A stretch of DNA of 42,461 nt. Source: a virus. Lineage: Duplodnaviria > Caudoviricetes. The notes under the pieces were generated by a model. That model was not told the origin of the DNA. It worked only from the letters and a program-made list of their open reading frames with translations, and searched no databases. Below, in pieces: positions 38,016 through 42,461 of this stretch. The DNA lies in IMG/VR virus record IMGVR_UViG_3300028899_000089, positions 1 to 42,461 of that record. One strand, 5' to 3'. A program made the translations under genes and the position numbers. Each line of letters starts with the position of its first letter. Within the stretch, counting starts at the first letter, position 1.

Positions 38016-38290
38016 TATTTTGATCTTCCTTCTGCGAACCCTTTAAAAACTCTTTCTTTCTTTTCTTCCGGCGTTCTACCCTCGAGTATATTCTCTTCTT
38101 CTTGGATTCTATTAAGTATTTCAAAAGCATCAAATATCGCGAGTTTTTTAGTGGCGGCAGCATTTTTAAGTCTGTCTGCTGTAATATCATCTCCACTATC
38201 AACGATAGCCTCTTTCGCCACTTTAATGAGTTCTTCAACTGCTTTGTGCCCAGCTTGGATTATACTCCTCTTCGTTTCCTTGATGTTCAT
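38015..38290 (-). CDS. Putative terminase small subunit
   Basis: Helical 91-aa ORF, likely starting at MNIKETKR (38290) rather than 38377; TAATG-coupled to terL; function inferred from position. Confidence 0.5.
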   Translation of the reverse strand: MNIKETKRSIIQAGHKAVEELIKVAKEAIVDSGDDITADRLKNAAATKKLAIFDAFEILNRIQEEENILEGRTPEEKKERVFKGFAEGRSK

Positions 38291-38825
38291 ATTTGATTGT
38301 AATAAAATTAGATAAAACTCGATATAGTCTTTCGCCATCAACGATAAACTCATATTCACTATTTGGTCTATAACCAACTAGATCTCCAACCTTAACCGTA
38401 CCGTCAGAATATTTAACGATACCTTGTAAAGGTTTTTCAGGCTCAGTATTAAACTGATCTGTAGCTTTCAAGGGTATTACAAAGCAATATCCCTTTGGAG
38501 CTATCCACTTATCATTTCTTTTGTGTAAAAAGATTTGATCTGGTGTTATAAAATAGATGTTCTCATTAAAATAACTTCTACTATTTTTTTCATCTCCATT
38601 CACGTCGTGCCACCTGCGAAACACGTTGTGATGTACAACGACCGTGTCTCCTGGTTCTATATCTGTATTGCCAATTATAGGGGTTGATATAACCTCTGCC
38701 TCCCTGTTAACATACTGATGATTATAAATCTCAGTGTTTAGAATTAACTCGTTGCCGTCTAACTCCTTTGTATTGTTATATCTTTCTCCCTTTGGCTTTA
38801 CAACGAAGTTGTAAACACTCTCCAC
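38235..38825 (-). CDS. GroES/Cpn10-like co-chaperonin with two tandem GroES-like units
   Basis: GTG start; FVVKP...AEVISTP...IEPGDTVVV and CFVIP...GIVKYSDGTVKVGDLVGY...EFIVDGERLYRV each follow the GroES pattern. Confidence 0.7.
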   Translation of the reverse strand: MESVYNFVVKPKGERYNNTKELDGNELILNTEIYNHQYVNREAEVISTPIIGNTDIEPGDTVVVHHNVFRRWHDVNGDEKNSRSYFNENIYFITPDQIFLHKRNDKWIAPKGYCFVIPLKATDQFNTEPEKPLQGIVKYSDGTVKVGDLVGYRPNSEYEFIVDGERLYRVLSNFITIKYEHQGNEEEYNPSWAQSS

Positions 38826-39046
38826 TAGTACTCTAGATTATATTCTACAGATACTGCCATGTTTTTGTTAAAGTCTTTCCACGGTAATACGTCTTTTCCT
38901 TTTTTTATATATATAGAGTATTTGTCGTCTCCTTCTAGAATATCACAGATCGTGTGACCGCCGTAAACTTCTTGACCCACCGCGTAATGCATCGCATCAT
39001 TCTTATAATCTTTACCAACACTAATCTTCCTTATTAATTTCGCCAT
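38825..39046 (-). CDS. Small hypothetical phage protein
   Basis: MAKLIRKISVGKDYKNDAMHYAVGQEVYGGH...; its stop overlaps the next GTG start (TAGTG). Confidence 0.7.
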   Translation of the reverse strand: MAKLIRKISVGKDYKNDAMHYAVGQEVYGGHTICDILEGDDKYSIYIKKGKDVLPWKDFNKNMAVSVEYNLEY

Positions 39047-39332
39047 CTTCATATCTTATAGAACCATCGTTAATATCTATGTCAAGAGTACCATACTCAT
39101 CCTCAAATTCCTTTTGTAGGTCTAGTAACACGTTTTGTTGCTGAACTAGATTATGTATCATGCTGTGCTTTTTAGCCGCTACCACACCCACCTCGTGGTG
39201 CATGAGATTAATATCTTTAACCACGGCCTGTAGTTTTATTAGTTGTTCCTCAGATATTTTTTCTGGCTTAACCCCCGTTAACTCTTTGATCTTAGCGGTT
39301 GTACTGTTTTCTTTTTTTACTTTTGTTGTCAT
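39021..39332 (-). CDS. Small coiled-coil hypothetical protein
   Basis: 103 aa with a heptad pattern, ending in EYGTLDIDINDGSI; TAAAT-repeat leader. Confidence 0.65.
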   Translation of the reverse strand: MTTKVKKENSTTAKIKELTGVKPEKISEEQLIKLQAVVKDINLMHHEVGVVAAKKHSMIHNLVQQQNVLLDLQKEFEDEYGTLDIDINDGSIRYEDGEINKED

Positions 39333-39342
39333 TTAATTTAAT

Positions 39343-39609
39343 TTAATTTAACTTCCATTGTCCCCAGCTAGAATGTACTATTTTTAACATCTCGCTTTGG
39401 CTGTACTGTTTGTACCCTTCTATTTCTTTTGGAGTTTTACCCCTAAATTTTATAATTCCTTTCTTTGTTTGAAAAAAGAACTTGTTGTAATTATATCTAA
39501 TATGTTCTTTTTGACTTAAGTACACTTTGAACCTACCTCTCTTTTTCTCTAAATCTAGAGTATCTACAAGTTTAGACTTTAAAATAACATATTTAATCTT
39601 GCGATCCAT
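39343..39609 (-). CDS. Small protein, paralog of 40752..40985 (cassette gene C, copy 2)
   Basis: Shares YVIL...RYN...K[FY]xGxxP...Y[ST]xx[EQ][ML]L...W with the 77-aa protein. Confidence 0.65.
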   Translation of the reverse strand: MDRKIKYVILKSKLVDTLDLEKKRGRFKVYLSQKEHIRYNYNKFFFQTKKGIIKFRGKTPKEIEGYKQYSQSEMLKIVHSSWGQWKLN

Positions 39610-40375
39610 GTGAGACTAGTTTGGCTTCGATTATATCTAATTCTTGAGCGCTATTGTTCACGCAAAAAGTTGATATTTGTGTTCCATTAAGGAAGTTTTT
39701 CTCGCCACAAGTATGGTACAAAAATAAATCCTGATCAAATTGTTGATTTTTTGGATAACCGTTGTTATATGCGTCAGTGATCCTACTTGGGTTTATCGCG
39801 GCGCCATAAACACATATATCGTGTAACCAGCCGGTAAAATAATTTGCATGCCCAATTTCAACGTCACAAGCACCTAAGTTTAAAAAAATAGGCTCAGATC
39901 CCCCATAGTTCCACCTCCCACCGATACTAGTCACATCACTCTCTTTTACTCCATTTATATATATCGCTGCCAAATCAGCCTCTCCATTAACCACAATAGC
40001 AAAGTGAGTGTCTAGAGTCTTAAAATCAGTAGCGCTATGACTTGCAGACATATAAAATTGACTACTTGAATCAGCGTTATCCCTTTCCACTATAATCGCC
40101 TCGGTACTTTCGTCCCAAAAAACGCGCATGGAAAGGTCTGGTCTTCCTGAACCCACTCTCAACTGAAAAAAAGTATCCTCATTTCCGATCATAACATTGC
40201 CATTGTGTTGCGCCCAAAAGCTCACAACCAGCTCGTCTGGTAATCTTGCTGTTGTAGCGTCTTGCTCTAGCTCGAATGAGCAGTGGTCGTTAATTCCATC
40301 AAAAAGCAAACTAGTATCACTGCACCAAACAGTAGCTGGGTTGTACATTCCTGGAACCAAGCCATTACCCAACAT
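39593..40375 (-). CDS. LamG/concanavalin A-like domain protein (cassette gene B, copy 2)
   Basis: SLLFDGINDH...VSFWA...THFAIV...IYING...LGA...FTGWLHDICVYGAAI...AYNNGYP. Confidence 0.8.
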   Translation of the reverse strand: MLGNGLVPGMYNPATVWCSDTSLLFDGINDHCSFELEQDATTARLPDELVVSFWAQHNGNVMIGNEDTFFQLRVGSGRPDLSMRVFWDESTEAIIVERDNADSSSQFYMSASHSATDFKTLDTHFAIVVNGEADLAAIYINGVKESDVTSIGGRWNYGGSEPIFLNLGACDVEIGHANYFTGWLHDICVYGAAINPSRITDAYNNGYPKNQQFDQDLFLYHTCGEKNFLNGTQISTFCVNNSAQELDIIEAKLVSHGSQD

Positions 40376-40749
40376 TAGTAAGAGTAGTAAGCTATTAAAC
40401 CCCCATCAGCATCGGCTACCTGCATTGACACCGCTGACCATCTTCCATATATAGTCATACCAGCTGGAAACTTCTGCGAAGTATCTACGGTCTCACTGTT
40501 AGCGCCATGACCGTCATCTGGGGTTGTAATACCAAAAGAAAGATCTCCAGGGTCTGCCGCTGTTGAAGCACCATTATTTAAACCGTCAGTAGCCGGTGTT
40601 AACACGTCTAATCTAGTTGTAGCTAAAAAAGATATAGCTACTATAACTTTACCTGTTGGTGGTATTAAGCTATTACCAATCGTGGCTCCATCTAAGAATC
40701 CACTACCTAATTGTCCAAACGCTAGTTCTGCGTGATTTTTATATGCCAT
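40375..40749 (-). CDS. Small structural protein (cassette gene A, copy 2)
   Basis: FGQLGS...PPTGKVIVAI...FPAGMTIYGRW; paralog of 42122..42461. Confidence 0.7.
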   Translation of the reverse strand: MAYKNHAELAFGQLGSGFLDGATIGNSLIPPTGKVIVAISFLATTRLDVLTPATDGLNNGASTAADPGDLSFGITTPDDGHGANSETVDTSQKFPAGMTIYGRWSAVSMQVADADGGLIAYYSY

Positions 40750-40751
40750 AA

Positions 40752-40985
40752 TTATTCTTCTATTGTCCAGGCTTCTTTAGCCAGCTCAGTTAATATTTGT
40801 TGATGCGTATAGGTGTCTTTACCATATAAAAATCTTGGCTTATTACCTGTGTATTTTACTAACGCTTCGCTTTTATCTATATTATATCTTAGCATACCCG
40901 CGTTACGGTTTAGTAGTTGTGAGAAATCAATGACAGAGTTTTCATCTGTTATTTCTGTTGTGTCTAATATTACGTATGTTGCCAT
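40752..40985 (-). CDS. Small protein (cassette gene C, copy 1)
   Basis: 77 aa: YVILD...DFSQL...LRYNIDKSEALVKYTGNKP...TYTHQQIL...W. Confidence 0.7.
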   Translation of the reverse strand: MATYVILDTTEITDENSVIDFSQLLNRNAGMLRYNIDKSEALVKYTGNKPRFLYGKDTYTHQQILTELAKEAWTIEE

Positions 40986-40994
40986 GTTTTTGTT

Positions 40995-42122
40995 TTAATC
41001 GTCAGGTGTGTCTGTGCTAAATATTGCATCAGCCGCTGTTAATCCTGGGTTACCGTTTAACTCCTTGCAAACAACATTATCTATCGACCCCACAAAATCA
41101 TTAACAGAAGAAGCATTAAATTTTAAGTATGTACTTGTGGCTACCAAATAATCAGTATAAGACCCAACTGCTGATGCATTAGTACCCCAATTACCTGTAT
41201 ATGCAGCAACATCTCCAGAGGTATAACTAGTAATATCATAAGTTATTTTATACGTTTTACCTGCAGTTAAAATACTCGTTTGATAAAGCATCGCGTTTGT
41301 ACCTGAAGAATGACTAGCAACACCCCCGCTTATCGTCCACCCAGTCTCTTTTGTCCAATCTGAGTCGGTGTCAAAAGTTCCATTAGTAATTAGATCAGCT
41401 CCATATCCAGGATTATGCGCATCGTGAACAACTCCATTTGCTTTATCATCAAAAGGTCCATTACCCATTCTCCAATATCCTTGTAAGGCTGAAGAGTTAT
41501 CGTAATTACCTTTATCGTTGTTTAGATCAAATGGTCTTCCAGAGTTGTACAGGGCTGCCACAGCGTCTTCATCTAAAGCCACGTTCCATATTGCCACTTC
41601 GTCCATATTACCTTCCACATAAGTCATTCCATCAAAAGCACCTATCTCAAAGTCTGCTGTATTATCTACATCCACACTGGAACCATAACTTATATTTGTA
41701 GTAGAACCATAAGTATTAGTGGTACCGTTTACATATATAACACCATCACCATCTCTATCTACAGTGACACAAATATGTACCCACGTATTTAAGAAACTAT
41801 CCATTACAGCATCACCCGTCATGGCAAAAGCAACTACACCACCGGTTTTACCTATAACATATATTTTACCAGCAGTGGAGCTACCGGTATTAACAGTTCT
41901 TATTCTCCAAAAATTATCATTATCATCACGTTTACTAATAAAAGGCTGGTCATCTATATCATCGTGTGTAACTTTAGCCCAGAAAGAAACTGAAAAATCA
42001 CCAGTACCCCTGTCTAATACGTCGCCAAGATTTAAATAATCACCCGAACCATCAAGCGATAAGCTGTAAAGTTGTTCGCTAGTAGAACTAGCTGTAGATA
42101 ACGCGTTTCCTAATCCTAACAT
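40995..42122 (-). CDS. LamG/concanavalin A-like protein with a C-terminal carbohydrate-binding-like module (cassette gene B, copy 1)
   Basis: SLSLDGSGDYL...FSVSFWAK...WVHICVT...IYVNG...GNMDEVAIWNVAL...LQGYWRM, followed by DLITNGTFDTDSDW...GSIDNV. Confidence 0.85.
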   Translation of the reverse strand: MLGLGNALSTASSTSEQLYSLSLDGSGDYLNLGDVLDRGTGDFSVSFWAKVTHDDIDDQPFISKRDDNDNFWRIRTVNTGSSTAGKIYVIGKTGGVVAFAMTGDAVMDSFLNTWVHICVTVDRDGDGVIYVNGTTNTYGSTTNISYGSSVDVDNTADFEIGAFDGMTYVEGNMDEVAIWNVALDEDAVAALYNSGRPFDLNNDKGNYDNSSALQGYWRMGNGPFDDKANGVVHDAHNPGYGADLITNGTFDTDSDWTKETGWTISGGVASHSSGTNAMLYQTSILTAGKTYKITYDITSYTSGDVAAYTGNWGTNASAVGSYTDYLVATSTYLKFNASSVNDFVGSIDNVVCKELNGNPGLTAADAIFSTDTPDD

Positions 42123-42461
42123 TAGTTACCTATGTAAAGCATTATTGGAGTTGCTGCGTTGTTTATCACTTTGGTCCATCTGCCATATATCGTTACACCT
42201 TTTGGAAAAGTAATCGTATCAGCGACTTGACCACCAACACCAGATTCTCCAAGGTCAGGAGATTCAACAGCATCGTGAGCCGCGTCATCTGTCCCAACGT
42301 ACTCCAAGCCAGCTGTTACATCGTTGTCAGCAACTAAACCATTAGTAGCGTTAAAAACAGTATCCGCTAACATTGTTATTGCCACAAATACTTTTCCACT
42401 TGGAGGGGTTAGAGTAGCTGTTGTTGTGCTAATCATGCTTCCCATTTGCCCAAAACCGTAA
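42122..42461 (-). CDS. Small structural protein (cassette gene A, copy 1), 5'-truncated by the window edge
   Basis: The frame stays open upstream of 42445 (YGFGQMGS, matching AFGQLGS in the paralog); PPSGKVFVAI...FPKGVTIYGRW. Confidence 0.7.
   Translation of the reverse strand, partial: YGFGQMGSMISTTTATLTPPSGKVFVAITMLADTVFNATNGLVADNDVTAGLEYVGTDDAAHDAVESPDLGESGVGGQVADTITFPKGVTIYGRWTKVINNAATPIMLYIGN

Noticed and set aside
38291-38377. N-terminal extension of the 120-aa ORF 38015..38377
   Set aside because: It overlaps the GroES-like gene deeply; the ATG at 38290 gives a more plausible start.
1325-42039. The many 60-150-aa plus-strand ORFs and short alternate-frame minus-strand ORFs in the track
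   Set aside because: They lie within long minus-strand genes, have the Phe/Leu/Ser-rich composition of antisense shadows and show no recognisable motifs.
39343-42461. Diversity-generating retroelement acting on the lectin genes
   Set aside because: No reverse transcriptase, and no near-identical template/variable repeat pair differing at adenines, was seen in this window.
1-42461. Stop-codon reassignment, tRNA genes, integrase or transposase
   Set aside because: Genes tile the window under the standard code, intergenic gaps are under about 70 nt, and no such motifs were recognised.

Overview
A 42.5-kb, AT-rich segment of a tailed dsDNA phage, with every credible gene on the minus strand. 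It holds the morphogenesis region of a podovirus-type phage that probably infects Bacteroidota/Flavobacteriia. That host call is inferred from the crAss-like gene order, the KxRRxGFS terminase, the GroES-like gene and the A/T-rich leaders without Shine-Dalgarno sequences. Reading right to left: two tandem copies of a three-gene LamG cassette, small genes, a double-GroES-like protein, putative small terminase, large terminase, portal, scaffold, major capsid, ring/adaptor proteins, and a 3252-aa tail muzzle/nozzle carrying many carbohydrate-binding-like inserts. A putative cargo (ejection) operon follows: two paralogous GNAT-like genes, a heptad/hendecad-repeat protein with an S74 autocleavage domain, a 427-aa protein and a 3635-aa polyvalent protein. 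Small membrane and tail genes end the window. The most interesting element is the 3635-aa protein. It contains a HExxH zincin, a sigma70-region-2-like segment, a P-loop kinase nested inside a HAD phosphatase and an apparently inserted WC-motif module, and a recurring [LM]RS[ESD][DEA] motif sits at its module boundaries. Together these suggest a virion-delivered, self-processing effector polyprotein. All assignments come from reading motifs by eye; no database searches were run.
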